A DNA stretch of 64,000 nt from Thermoplasmata archaeon (GCA_028864975.1 JAGWLG010000012.1:1-64000); one strand, 5' to 3'. Numbered from the stretch's first letter, positions 37,701-44,686 are shown. Numbers and translations: made by a program. Notes: generated by a model not told the origin, from the letters alone.

Positions 37701-38252
37701 GCGACGCTCACCTTCACGGCGTCCGCGGCGGGCGGGAGTTCGCCGACTGTTTACGCCTGGTCGCTCAACGGGACGGCGCAGGCGGGCGCGACGGGGTCGA
37801 CCTTCACCATCGCGGGAGCTCACGCCGGGACCTACTCGGTGTCGGTCGCGGTCTCGGACGCGACCGGCTCGCGCGCGATCGCCCCCACGGTATCGGTCAC
37901 GGTGAGCCCGCCGGTCCCCCCAGCGTCTACGCCCCCGGCGCCGACACTCTCCCCCTCGTCCTTCGCGTCGGAGTCCAACCTGCTGGTGGGGCTCCTCGCA
38001 ATCCTGGTCGCGCTCGCGGTGGCGATCCTGCTGATGCAGGCCCTCGGCCGGCGCTCTCGGCCCCCGGCCTCCGGGGTCGCGGGGAAGGCCAGACCGCCGC
38101 GGCCGCGCGCCCGTCCTGCGGTGCTCGAGACTCCCCCGGCCTCCCCCGAAGGGGTTGCGACCCCCCCGCCCCCCTCCCCCGTCGCGGGCGGCGAGGCGGA
38201 GCCTGTCTCCGGGACCGGCCCCGAGACCTACTCCGAGGATGGAGAAGCCTAG
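25764..38252 (+). CDS. Giant (4,162 aa) surface protein: 10 Kelch repeats, 7-bladed YVTN-type propeller, 34 Ig/PKD-like repeats, C-terminal TM
   Basis: Uninterrupted ORF with an N-terminal hydrophobic signal, repeats counted by hand from the translation, and TM LLVGLLAILVALAVAILL near the end. Confidence 0.92.
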   Translation: MSKTPTRQSDLANPVVHLVKVRGTSSLSRRSGSIGDRAGLIGILLLLGLLVAPTTAFTTTGALLAKLPSAEAPPPGTVQGVASLSLSALGNFPAPPLGSGPSARLPGVIDGPGGDLGAPLGLPPSASVSAGTPPTTASRAPSSGASTLPPPPSSSVSSPSTFSSSSAAGAAELAQASASLGQGGGPAQGHAMSCAASAAGSFECDAKADASPDLGLGTQSTTWTEMGTPGMRDAASMVYDPADGTVVLFGGYFSGLTQADTWEYHGGVWYPVDSPISPPARYAAAMVYDIPAGYVLLFGGQGAGTSGSLQDTWEFSGGTWVQLTSTSSPGTRYGATMTYDAADGYVVLFGGFGCSTGSGCVASLLQDTWQFSGGAWTQLTPTTSPGTRYDASMTYDTADGYVVLFGGLGCSTGSGCAANEIQDTWKFTGTTWTQLSILALPGARNGASMTYDGADGYVVLFGGYGCFTGSSCGLHWLQETWKLMGTTWTLLTPAASPGIREGATMTYDVTDGYVVLFGGHGPGSAGGLQDTWKFSGGTWAQLAPTTSPGTRTGATMTFDVRDGYVVLFGGFGCSTGSGCTVDYLQDTWKFTGTTWTQLSPTTSPGTRLAASMVYDSADRYVALFGGYGCSTGSGCAVGYLQDTWKFTGTTWTQLTPTTSPGTREYASMTYDAADGYVVLFGGYGCYTGSSCTVDYLQDTWQFTGTTWSQFAPTTSPGTRYDASMTYDTADGYVMLFGGFGCSTACNWLQDTWSFGIPLTDATPSASPSSLDVGQALLLTSSATGGGQGASHEFGWWGLPPGCSTAVLTVSVSCTPSKAGTYYVGTVVSESNGIPLATGPTTTVTVYPDPSATASGSASSRDAGQTVTLTGLTSGGLGPFSGIVWNGLPTASSCAAAGSLTCAITLSSSGVGQWTITVSATDANGFTATSMGVALTVDPALCASPCGISGGTSLDVGQTATVQASVNGGTGTYSYAWSALSGAGCPTTSASTVDCTPTATGSFTVAFVATDTNGATTAALGVVLTVSADPTITAPTASRATLDVGQATTLTTTDAGGSGTLVVSWSGLPTGCLSSNTLSFSCSPTAVGTFTVYANVQDTHLYNATSGPLTVVVSPRLNPGGSFASPASLDLGQATTFVTNVNGGTGSYSYGWMALPPGCAAADTGTLVCTPTATGSFLVTVSVVDSNNNLVSPAAIALTVGPDPVAGSLVASLRGLPQLGSASAPLTLGSTPSWVLYDPGNGMVYVGQGNCCGAGNTVWVVNPSTGTLVKTITTGNLPISLAYDSARGEVFVAEYGNAQVQVIDDSTNALVATIPMPDEPLSLGYDSWNGDVYVALYATNRVAVIDGATDSIVSLIGVGSGPNSAAFDPATGDVWVGDQNGAAVTIINGATNTVAGTVTLAAGSVPVFLVYDPANGDMYVPTGTTQSIDVIDATSDAIVDTVATTFNPEESALDTANGYLYVADISASANELQALDTRTNTLVGTVGLGTTAYGVAYDSSNGRLYGSGFGNGDLFTVRTLSSVSLPSSMSADVGQSVLLSASLTGQGSGGDRVSLSVSPAAGFTCIADPYGYANLSAGCLAETPGSYQLYFQLTDSNGFTVSTGTLTLVVDPALGGASVSVSRLALDVGQTTALSASVSGGAGSYAYAWSTLPTGCSVGDVGAFSCVPSGAGSFAVALIVTDGNGASTSAGTTLSVSLDPTISPPTGTLTRLDVGSSTVLAATATPGSGGDVYAWSGLPTPCLSSNALSIVCAPSASGEGTFDVTVSVVDSNGWNVTSGPLTIEVDPPLGISSFTESRPALDVGQTVVFAVSPTGGSGVYTYTWGAIPAGCARVDAATLTCVPTGSGSTTVSVSVGDTNGASLPSAGLAVVVSADPAVSSPGASTSSLDMGQSTSLSTVVSPGSGTDVLSWAGLPAGCLSSNANPVSCAPSASGTFTVTVAVRDSNGMNVSSGPLTLVVSPALSAVALTASPGALDVGQSLTFSASVSGGSGVYVWSWATLPTGCAGANAATLTCSPTAAGSYSAQATATDSNGASSSHSAAIVVSAAVTVGSISATRWDLDVSQSSTLTATVAGGSPSFAYAWAGLPAGCLSSNALSLSCSPTASGTFALTFSARDSNGMNVSSTTMAMVVSPALGTPSITASTPNLDVGQTVSFLAAESGGTGSYSYSWTYNGIRADLVGCTGQATASLTCTPTSSGVPNIVVTVSDSNAAPPQTRSTTVTVSADPTVQPITGSRTTLDLGQSTLLSTTSAQGSGGPTYAWAGLPAGCLSSNALSITCAPAGAGTFSVTVSVRDSNGVNVSSIPLTLIVSPAMGSAALAAAPSALDVGETTTLSSSASGGTGVYVYAYSGLPTGCSSANSATLACSPSAAGTFPSVALTVTDGNGATATAMIPIAVSAAPVAGTPAASKPSLDVGQTTSISALASGGSGGDVYSWSGLPTGCLSQNLLSLTCTPTVAGTFSVRLSVLDSNRMNVTSGTLTLAISPALAGALLTASRSLLDVGQTTLFAASASGGAGGDTFAWSGLPSGCSGGSSSSVTCVPAASGPFTVSIVATDANGATASANVALTVSSDPSVSVPSSSRSSLDVGQSTSLSSVATPGSGTPVYAWSGLPTGCLSANALTLSCAPTGAGTFVVRVTVQDSNGMNVSSGTLTLLVSTALGTPSLSASTATLDVGQSVTFTATEAGGSGTYTFTWTWAGNPASSEGCTGGNAATIVCTPTFSQSPSVVVSVSDSNGMGGLVASTSVVVSADPTVTSPGATRLALDIGQSTVLSATATTGSGGPTYAWSGLPTGCLSANALTVTCSPTAVGTYSVSISVRDSNGMNVSSTTLTLVVSPALGAVGLSASSYNLDVGQSTTFSVSVSGGTGSYTYTWGSLPSGCVGSSTPTLLCAPSGAGSTTVVVSVADTNGVLSGSGPVTVIVQAPPSVTSLGATRLDLDVGQSTTLTAAATAGSGGPVYAWSGLPTGCLSSNALSVTCSPTAPGTFTAVFSVRDSNRMNVSSGALTLVVSPAFGTATLSGSRLALDAGQTVLLTTSVSGGSGGDSYAWSSLPTGCGGANSATLSCVPSGAGTPTVSVTVTDSNGATASATLPLTVSSAPTISLPTASRTALDVGQSTTLSATATSGSGSPVYAWSGLPAGCLSSNALSVACTPSGSGTFSVAVSVVDSNGMNVSSGPLTLAVSPALGSATLSASRSALDVGQFTALSGAVSGGTGSYTYSWGSLPSGCSGSNAVAIVCSPTAAGTFSVALTITDTNGASATPAPVSLAVSAAPSVGSLGATRLDLDVGQLTTLAGTATGGSGGDAYAWVGLPTGCLSSNSPSVACSPTAAGTFSIALSVIDSNGMNVSSPSLLLSVSPALAAAALSAGRSALDVGQATTLSASASGGSGGLSYSWSGLPTGCSSGGRASFACAPTSPGTSSVSVVITDSNGASVSASTTLTVSSAPWAGSPTASPSALDVGQTTALAATAGAGSGSPTYAWGGLPAGCLSVSSLILTCSPMSWGSFTVVLSVVDSNGMNVSSAPLLLPISPALAGATLSASPGALDVGQSTALSFSVFGGSGGLTYAWSGLPAGCAGGNSATLLCSPTASGTGLATVRATDANGASVSASVSLTVSAALSVAAPSASPSAADAQQAVTLSALASGGAGTLVYAWWGLPSGCLSSNLATLPCTPAAPGRFMVGYSVLDANGENVSSPALSFSVSAALSTPVLAASLTALDLGEGTTIAATVAGGSSPLAYAWAGLPTGCTGSDTPTLACAPSLTGTFSVSLRVSDANGGTATSAALTLTVSAAPTVGIPMATLTSLDLGQTTSLTVPSTPGSGGLVLNWSGLPTGCPASGLPSCTPTATGTFSIWVSAKDSNGVTVVGAPLVLTVDGALAAVTLTASSKDVDAGSEVTLTAEVSGGSGGYAYSWSALPTGCAGADVATLLCSPSAAGSFAAAVQVSDTNGATSSASVSITVNAPLSVALSDSPTSASNGATLTFTASAAGGSSPTVYAWSLNGTAQAGATGSTFTIAGAHAGTYSVSVAVSDATGSRAIAPTVSVTVSPPVPPASTPPAPTLSPSSFASESNLLVGLLAILVALAVAILLMQALGRRSRPPASGVAGKARPPRPRARPAVLETPPASPEGVATPPPPSPVAGGEAEPVSGTGPETYSEDGEA
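26447..28027 (+). repeat. Coding tandem repeat: 10 Kelch-like units (about 153-168 bp)
   Basis: GGGTGCTCCACGGGCTCGGGCTGC occurs at 26820, 26988, 27477 and 27645. An identical 62-bp segment occurs at 26904-26965 and 27897-27958. Confidence 0.9.
28028..37910 (+). repeat. Coding tandem repeat: 34 Ig/PKD-like units of about 87 aa (interrupted by a beta-propeller at about 29448-30317)
   Basis: Consensus LDVGQ...GG.G..Y.W..LP.GC-x9-C.P...G.F.V.V...D.NG recurs about every 260 bp. Confidence 0.9.
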
Positions 38253-38536
38253 AGCTACCCCGAGACTTCCAGGAAAAGGTCCTGTCGCTCCATCGCCGAG
38301 CTCCCAGACCGGCGGCAAGCAGGGCTACCTAACGACGCAGCAGTTCGCCTCCCTCTTGCTTCTGCCATCTGGGCGAACGCGAGTCCCACCCGGCCGTTAC
38401 ACCATTCCCGCGTCTCTGTGGCGGCGCGGACCTCTGGACCTCCCACAAGAAAGTGGGGGGTTGAGGATAGCTATCGCTCAGCTCTGGCTTCTCAGAGCGG
38501 TCCCATGTCGCGCCGGGCAGGGGGGTGCGAGCCCGC

Positions 38537-39580
38537 TCACTCGGCGGGCAAGGGGAGGGAAGGGTCGGGTCCCTTCGGCGCGCCCTCGGGGCTCGGAGGG
38601 GCACCCTCCGCCCCGTTCCCGTCCGAGGGGTCGGGAGGCGGTGGCGGGATCGCGCTCAAGGAGATGCCGAGGCGCTGAGCGAGCCGCTCCCGGATCCTGT
38701 CCTTGTCGGTGGTCTCGAGACCGAAGTACTCGGCAAAGTGCGAGCTCGTGGTGAGCTCGAGCGTCGAGGCTTTCGGAAGGGCGTGGATGAAGTTGAGCTC
38801 CTTCAGGACTTTCACTTCCGTGTACGCGGCCTCCCCGACCATCCTCGCGAGCACGCTTTGGCGGATGGGCTGGTGGAAAGCGATGAGCGCGAGGACCCTC
38901 AGCGAACGACTGGGGATGTCGACGGGGGTCACCTTGTGGGCGACCTCGAGGTAGTCGGGACGCACCTGGAGCGCCCACGCCTCTCCCGCACGTCGGACCT
39001 CCAGCGAGGTGTTGCGGTTCGCGTAGGCGCGCTGGAGCTTGCGGAGAGCACGCTTGACCGACACGTGGTCGACTTCCCCTCCGAGCCGTGCGGTGAGGTC
39101 ATGCACACTCACCGGCTTGCCCGCGGCGAAGAGGACCGACTCTACGCGTAGAGGAAGTTCGGGGGCCACCCCCTTTGGCCGAGGGGTACGTGCTTCGGCG
39201 AGAGCAGGTTCGCCACCGCCTTCGTCGTCCTCGTCGGTGTCCGCTTCGGTGGGGTCGGACTCGGTCTCCTCGTCAGGACTGGGCCCCGCCCCCGTCGTCT
39301 CTTCGGGCCCCGTCGGGGCCTCGGAAGTGGGGAGGGGGGCGGAGCTGGCCGTCGGGGGAGCGACGGCCTCTTGGGGTCCTGGCGAAGGGGTGGGCGGCGC
39401 GAGGGGTTGGGCGGCGGCCTCGGGCGGGGTGGGGGACGCCGGGGCTTCAGGCTCCGGCGCATGGTCGGGGGGAGCTTCTCGAGGGGGGGAGGAGCGACGA
39501 GGGTGGGGCTTCGCGCTCCCGCGCGCGGCCACCGGTCGCTTGCCCTTGGACCGTGTGGGAGATCCCTTCGCCATGGTCAC
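38537..39580 (-). CDS. scpB: SMC-Scp complex subunit ScpB with long disordered N-terminus
   Basis: RVESVLFAAGKPVS, LRVLALIAFHQPI, TTSSHFAEYFGL. Overlaps the scpA stop. The start may be ATG 39574. Confidence 0.9.
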   Translation of the reverse strand: MTMAKGSPTRSKGKRPVAARGSAKPHPRRSSPPREAPPDHAPEPEAPASPTPPEAAAQPLAPPTPSPGPQEAVAPPTASSAPLPTSEAPTGPEETTGAGPSPDEETESDPTEADTDEDDEGGGEPALAEARTPRPKGVAPELPLRVESVLFAAGKPVSVHDLTARLGGEVDHVSVKRALRKLQRAYANRNTSLEVRRAGEAWALQVRPDYLEVAHKVTPVDIPSRSLRVLALIAFHQPIRQSVLARMVGEAAYTEVKVLKELNFIHALPKASTLELTTSSHFAEYFGLETTDKDRIRERLAQRLGISLSAIPPPPPDPSDGNGAEGAPPSPEGAPKGPDPSLPLPAE

Positions 39581-40578
39581 GCTCCGGGCGAAGCGAGCGC
39601 CGCCTCTTCCGCGGGGGGAGGTGCCTCCTCGCCGTTCGGTCGACGGGAGACCGCCTCGCGCTCGATCATGAATCCGCTCGCGCTAAGGTCGACTTGGCGG
39701 AGGGAGAGCACCCGCTCTTTCGCCAAGAAGAGCAGCGTAAGGAAGAGCGAGACCACCCGCTCGCGGGAAGGGACCCCCTCGAGGAGCAGTTCGACCGAGA
39801 AGGGTTCCCCCACCGGGTGCTCCGCGACCTTCTCCCAGGTCTCGGCCAGGTCGTGTTCTGGGACGTCACCGTGCGCCAGCACTTCGGGTGCGGTCTTCTG
39901 CCAAGCCCGTAGGCGGTCGCGCTCGGCCTGAGTGACCTGGAAGAGGCGAGCCGATTCCTCCGCCTCGTGGAAGGCGTTCGCGAGCTCCATCAGGCTCACC
40001 GGCCGGGTCCCCTCGTGGCGGACCATCGGGTCGATCGGAACATCTTCGCCCCGCAGGAGCGCTTCGGTCACATCGATCTGCTCGGGGGAGGACATCTCTC
40101 CCAGGTAGCCTTGGTCGAGCGCTCCGTCGGGAAGGGCCGCCTCCATCGTCGGAGGGGCGAGCTCGTTCTCTCGCTGGGTGAGCACCTCCTGGGATTGGAG
40201 CAGGAGGATCCTCCAGGCCATGTGGATCAGCCGTCCGGCGACGGCGAAGTCGACCTCGTGGTCCTGCTTCACTCGGTCCTGGTAGACGCTGACGAACCGG
40301 GTCAGGTCGATGGACCACGGGTTGAACTGTTCGGAGAGGACGAGCTCGAAGAGCAGGGCCGTCGCCTTCTGGTAGGGGTCGTCGATGACGACGTGGACCC
40401 CCTCTTTCATCCCGCGCACGAGGTCGAGATAGTGGTCGACCGCGTTCGCGGCCTCCATCGACTCTCCGATGAGGGCCTTGTGGTAGAGCAGGTAGTCGAG
40501 CACCTGCTGGGCCGCCTCGCGTGAGACGGGCGGCGTGGTCAGGGCGAGCTCGTGGGCTTCCTGCGCACTCAGGGTCAT
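39577..40578 (-). CDS. scpA: Kleisin ScpA
   Basis: NPWSIDL, FAVAGRLIHMA, RPVSLMEL, C-terminal winged helix (VSLFLTLLFLAKE..L.LRQ). Lies between smc and scpB. Confidence 0.87.
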   Translation of the reverse strand: MTLSAQEAHELALTTPPVSREAAQQVLDYLLYHKALIGESMEAANAVDHYLDLVRGMKEGVHVVIDDPYQKATALLFELVLSEQFNPWSIDLTRFVSVYQDRVKQDHEVDFAVAGRLIHMAWRILLLQSQEVLTQRENELAPPTMEAALPDGALDQGYLGEMSSPEQIDVTEALLRGEDVPIDPMVRHEGTRPVSLMELANAFHEAEESARLFQVTQAERDRLRAWQKTAPEVLAHGDVPEHDLAETWEKVAEHPVGEPFSVELLLEGVPSRERVVSLFLTLLFLAKERVLSLRQVDLSASGFMIEREAVSRRPNGEEAPPPAEEAALASPGA

Positions 40579-40614
40579 GTTCTACCTCCTTCTCTTGACG
40601 TGACTTCGAGGACC

Positions 40615-43600
40615 TCAGGGACCCCCAGGGGGAGGGGTGGCGAGCGGCGGCGCGGCCTCGGTCGCGGGGGCGTGGTCGACCACCGGGCCTTCGGGGGAAG
40701 CGGCTTTGGTACCTCCTCGTCGACGACCCGCCGTGGCACCCGCGGTTGCGCCCTTGGAGGACGGGGCCCCCGGCGAAGGGGAGGACGCGGGGCTGGCGGC
40801 TGCGAGGCCGCCCGAGACGGACACGCGGGCCGCGGTGGCGGCCCGCAGCTCGGGCGGTCGCATCGCCGCGAGGGCGGAGGGTGAGGCGGCGATGGCCCTC
40901 AGTTCCTTCTCGTCGACGTCCTTGATGTCATCGAGCCGGATGGAGACGAGGCGCGAGCATCCGTCGCCATGCATGGTGACCCCGAGCAGGTGCTCGGCCC
41001 ACTTCAGCGTCACTTTCCTCAGCGAGATCACGATGAACTGGGCCCTCGCACTGTTGCGCCGGACCATTCGTCCGATGTTCTCCGCGTTGACCCCGTCGAG
41101 GCTCATGTCGACCTCGTCGAGGACGTAGAGGGGCGACGGGTCGTAGTGCTGCAGCGAGAAGATGAACGCCAGCGAGGCGAGCGACTTCTCCCCTCCGGAG
41201 AGCTGCTCCAGGCGCTGGACCTTCTTCCCCAGGGGCTTCGCACGGATCAAGAGCCCTCCCGCGAGCGGGTCCTCCGGGTTCTCGAGAACGACCTCGCCTT
41301 CGCCCCCGCCCGAGAGCTCGGTGTAGATCTCGGAGTACCCTTTCGCGACGACCTCCACGACCTCGTGGATCCGGGTCCGCTTCTTGTCGTTCAGGTCGTC
41401 GATGAGGTGGAGCAGGTCCTTCTTCTCCCCGTGGAGCCGGTCGACCTGCCCCTGGAAATCCTCGAGGCGCTGCTTCTCGGCGTCGTACTGTTCCAGGGCG
41501 GCTGCGTTGACCGGGCCGAGCGCGGTGAGCTTCTCCTCGACGTCCTTGAGCCGGCGCGTGAGCTCCGTGGGGGAGAGCTTCTCCACCTTTGCGGCGGCCT
41601 CGTCCGCCTCCTCCATCGGGAGGTCCGCGGAGGCCGCTTCGAGGTTCGAGAGCTCGACCTGGGCGGTGGAGAGCTTCACGTCGAGGTCGTGGGCCTGGTC
41701 GTTCTTCGAGGTGATGGTCGACGAGTTCGACCCCTGCTTGCCCACCAGCTCGGTGAGGTCGGTCTGGAGGGCGTTCCGCTTCTCGGTGAGGGCCTTCGAG
41801 GCCTTGGACTGCTTCTCCCCGACAGCCCGCAGAGCTTCCAGCTTCTGCAGTCCCTCGACGTGCGCCTTCTTCGCGACCTTGAGCTCCCTGGTCAGGACCG
41901 GGAGACGGTCTTCCAGCCCGGAGACCTCGGCCTCCTTCTCGGCCAGGGTCGCCTTGGCGCTCTTGACCGTGGAGTCGAGCGCGCTGACCTGGGACTGGAG
42001 GTCGACCAGCTTCTGGTTGTAGGCTTCCCCCGACTCGGTCAGTTCCTTGAGGCGTGCCGCGGCGTTCTGGGGGAGCGCCTGGAGGTAGACCGCCTGGGCC
42101 TTCTCCCAGTCCGCCTTCAGGGTCTCGATCTCGCCCTGTAGCTCCGTGAGGAGCGTCTGGGCCTGTTCGACCTTCTTCGCGGTCTGGGCCCTTCTCTCGC
42201 GCGAGCCCTTGAGCTTCTCCTGAGCGGCGTCGAGCGCCTCCTTCGCTTTGGCGAGGTCCTTCTCCAAGGTGGAGAGCGAGGTCTCGTGGGACTCGGCCTC
42301 GGCCGTGTGCTTCCCGAGCTCCTCGGTCAGTTCGCGCAGGTGCTGGATGACCCCGTCGAGCTCCTTGCGGACCTGTTCCTCCTCTGCCGACTTCTTGCGG
42401 AGCTCCTCTCCGCGTCGGCGGAGGTCGACCTGGAGGTTCGTGCCCTTGCCCCGTTCGGCGGCCAGGTAGCCCCCCGTGATCGCCCCGGCGGACTCGATCA
42501 GGTCGCCGTCCATGGTGACGAGACGGACCCCGCCCATCTGGGCGCGCGCCTGGTTCAGGCCGTCGAAGACGAGCGTCTCCCCGAAGACGTACCAGAAGGC
42601 CGGGGCGAGCGCGTCCTCGTACTTGACGAGGTCGATCGCGAAGCCGCGGCAACCCGGGGTCTTCTGCACGAGCAGGCTCTTCCCATGCGGGCGACCCGGG
42701 ACGATCTTGTTGAGCGGGAGGAAGGTCGCGACCCCCTTCTTCTCGTTCCGGAGGATCTGGACGCACTTCGCGGCGACCTCGTCGCTTTCCACGACCAGGG
42801 CCTGGAACCGGGTCCCGGCGGCGACGGTCAATGCCGTTGCGAACTGGTTGTCGAAGGAGGCGAGCTCCTCCACCGTCCCTCGGATCCCCTGGACCTTTCC
42901 CGTGTCGCGCAGCGAGAGCAGATGGTCCACCGCCGCCAGGCGAGAGGCTGCTCCGGTCCCGCGGTCGCGGACGAGCGCCTCGAGCGAAGCGTAAGCGCGG
43001 TGGAGCTCAACCAGTTCCTCCTGCAGAGAGGATGCGCGGGCGTGTAGGTCCTTCTCCTTCTTCTGGAAGGCCTCCAGCTCCTCGCTGAGCTCCTGGGAGG
43101 AGCGCTCCGTTCCCTTGCGGGCCCCCTGGACCCCCTTGAAACGGAACTGGAGGTCTCGAACCTCCACCTCCTTGAGCTTCGCCTCCTCCTCCGCGCCGGC
43201 CTCGTCGTGCTCGAAGGTCGTGAGCTCACCCTTCAGGGATTCGAGCTTCTGGACGGCCTCCTGCCAGTCCTCTTGCTTCGACTTCTGGCGGCGCTCGTTC
43301 TCCAGGACCGCGCGGCGGTACTGGGCGGCCTTGCCTTGGCTCGCATCGGTCGCCTTGTGGGCCTCGAGCAGGGCCTTGTGATGCACGTCGATCTCCTTCT
43401 GGAGGTCCTCGAGCCGCCCGTTGAGCTCGGCGAGCTGTTTCTCGTTCGCTTGGAGCTCCTTGCGTCGCCCGGCGAGCTCCTTTTCGAGCTCCCCCTTCCG
43501 TTCGGTGAGCTCGTTCAGGCTCTCCTCGGCCTTCTCGGCCGCGGTCTGTCGGCGGCCGACCTCCACCGAGAGCTCGTCGGTCTCTTGCTTGAGCTTCGCG

Positions 43601-44487
43601 GCCTCCGCCCCTCCCTGATGGGCGACCTCGGCATCGATCCCGTCGATCTCGGCCTGGAGACGGTCGTGCTCCTGGGTGAGTTCGTTGCCTGAGGCCGTGA
43701 GCGCGTCGACCTCTCCCTTCAGGTCGGAGAGCCGCTTCTCGAGAGAGGCCACCTCGCCCCGGGCGCGAGAGATGGTGGCTCGGGCGAGCTGAGAGGAGTA
43801 GCGCCGCTTCTGGGTGTCGAGGTCCTTGAACTTGAGCGCCCCTTCACGCTGCCCCTGGAGCTCGTCCAGGTGCCGCTGCACCTCCGTGAGGAGCGTTTGG
43901 AGCTGGCCCAGGTTCTGCTCGAGCCCTTCCCGCTTGTCGGCCGCGTGGTCGAGCTCTTCGTCGTACTGGGCGATGCCCGCGAGCTTCTCGACCTCGCCCC
44001 GGCGCTCGAGGGGGGACATCGCGACGATGCGGTTCACATCCCCTTGCTGGACGATGTTCGAACCGTCCCCGGAGAGCCGTGCGTGGGAGAGGAGCGCTTC
44101 GATCTCGGTCTGGGTGCTCCGCCGGTCGTTGACGTAGAAGTACGAGCTGTACGGGGGGTCGCCCGGTGTGAGCTTGATGTAACGGGTGATCTCGACCGAG
44201 TCGGACTCGACGGGCAGCGCACGGTCCCGGTTGTCGAAGACGAGGGAGACCTCGCATTCCGTCGCCGCCTTCTTGCTGGCTCCGCCGTTGAAGAGGAGGT
44301 CCGAGAGGCGGTCCGCTCGGAGCACCTTCGAGCTTCGCGGACCCAGGACAAAGAGGATGGCGTCGGCGACGTTAGACTTGCCCATCCCGTTGGGGCCGGC
44401 GACCCCCGTGAACCCGTTGGTGAAGGGGATCTCGACCGTTCCGGCGAAGGACTTGAAGTTCTTCATGCGGAGATGGGTGAGATGCAT
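40615..44487 (-). CDS. smc: Chromosome segregation protein SMC
   Basis: NFKSF, Walker A GPNGMGKSN, Q-loop QQGD, hinge (TFLPLNKI, RLVTMDGD..E..G.ITGG), LSGGEKS, LDEVD. Confidence 0.97.
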   Translation of the reverse strand: MHLTHLRMKNFKSFAGTVEIPFTNGFTGVAGPNGMGKSNVADAILFVLGPRSSKVLRADRLSDLLFNGGASKKAATECEVSLVFDNRDRALPVESDSVEITRYIKLTPGDPPYSSYFYVNDRRSTQTEIEALLSHARLSGDGSNIVQQGDVNRIVAMSPLERRGEVEKLAGIAQYDEELDHAADKREGLEQNLGQLQTLLTEVQRHLDELQGQREGALKFKDLDTQKRRYSSQLARATISRARGEVASLEKRLSDLKGEVDALTASGNELTQEHDRLQAEIDGIDAEVAHQGGAEAAKLKQETDELSVEVGRRQTAAEKAEESLNELTERKGELEKELAGRRKELQANEKQLAELNGRLEDLQKEIDVHHKALLEAHKATDASQGKAAQYRRAVLENERRQKSKQEDWQEAVQKLESLKGELTTFEHDEAGAEEEAKLKEVEVRDLQFRFKGVQGARKGTERSSQELSEELEAFQKKEKDLHARASSLQEELVELHRAYASLEALVRDRGTGAASRLAAVDHLLSLRDTGKVQGIRGTVEELASFDNQFATALTVAAGTRFQALVVESDEVAAKCVQILRNEKKGVATFLPLNKIVPGRPHGKSLLVQKTPGCRGFAIDLVKYEDALAPAFWYVFGETLVFDGLNQARAQMGGVRLVTMDGDLIESAGAITGGYLAAERGKGTNLQVDLRRRGEELRKKSAEEEQVRKELDGVIQHLRELTEELGKHTAEAESHETSLSTLEKDLAKAKEALDAAQEKLKGSRERRAQTAKKVEQAQTLLTELQGEIETLKADWEKAQAVYLQALPQNAAARLKELTESGEAYNQKLVDLQSQVSALDSTVKSAKATLAEKEAEVSGLEDRLPVLTRELKVAKKAHVEGLQKLEALRAVGEKQSKASKALTEKRNALQTDLTELVGKQGSNSSTITSKNDQAHDLDVKLSTAQVELSNLEAASADLPMEEADEAAAKVEKLSPTELTRRLKDVEEKLTALGPVNAAALEQYDAEKQRLEDFQGQVDRLHGEKKDLLHLIDDLNDKKRTRIHEVVEVVAKGYSEIYTELSGGGEGEVVLENPEDPLAGGLLIRAKPLGKKVQRLEQLSGGEKSLASLAFIFSLQHYDPSPLYVLDEVDMSLDGVNAENIGRMVRRNSARAQFIVISLRKVTLKWAEHLLGVTMHGDGCSRLVSIRLDDIKDVDEKELRAIAASPSALAAMRPPELRAATAARVSVSGGLAAASPASSPSPGAPSSKGATAGATAGRRRGGTKAASPEGPVVDHAPATEAAPPLATPPPGGP

Positions 44488-44589
44488 CGGGTTCCCTCGC
44501 TACCTGCCGCCTCTGTCGGGCCTCTGTCGCCGGAACGGACCCCGTTTGTCCGACGCGTGTCAGCCCAAGACACCACACCCCGGTCCATG

Positions 44590-44596
44590 TATTTAA
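44590..44596 (-). promoter_or_regulatory. Candidate TATA box (TTAAATA) of the smc-scpAB operon
   Basis: The most TATA-like element in the gap, about 100 nt upstream of the smc ATG. Confidence 0.5.
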
Positions 44597-44686
44597 GTGC
44601 ACCTGCCGCAGCGGGCTCTCCGCGATCAAAACTAGTGCCACTCCACGGGAGGGTTGATATTCGGGGGCAGGGCGACTCCTCGGACG

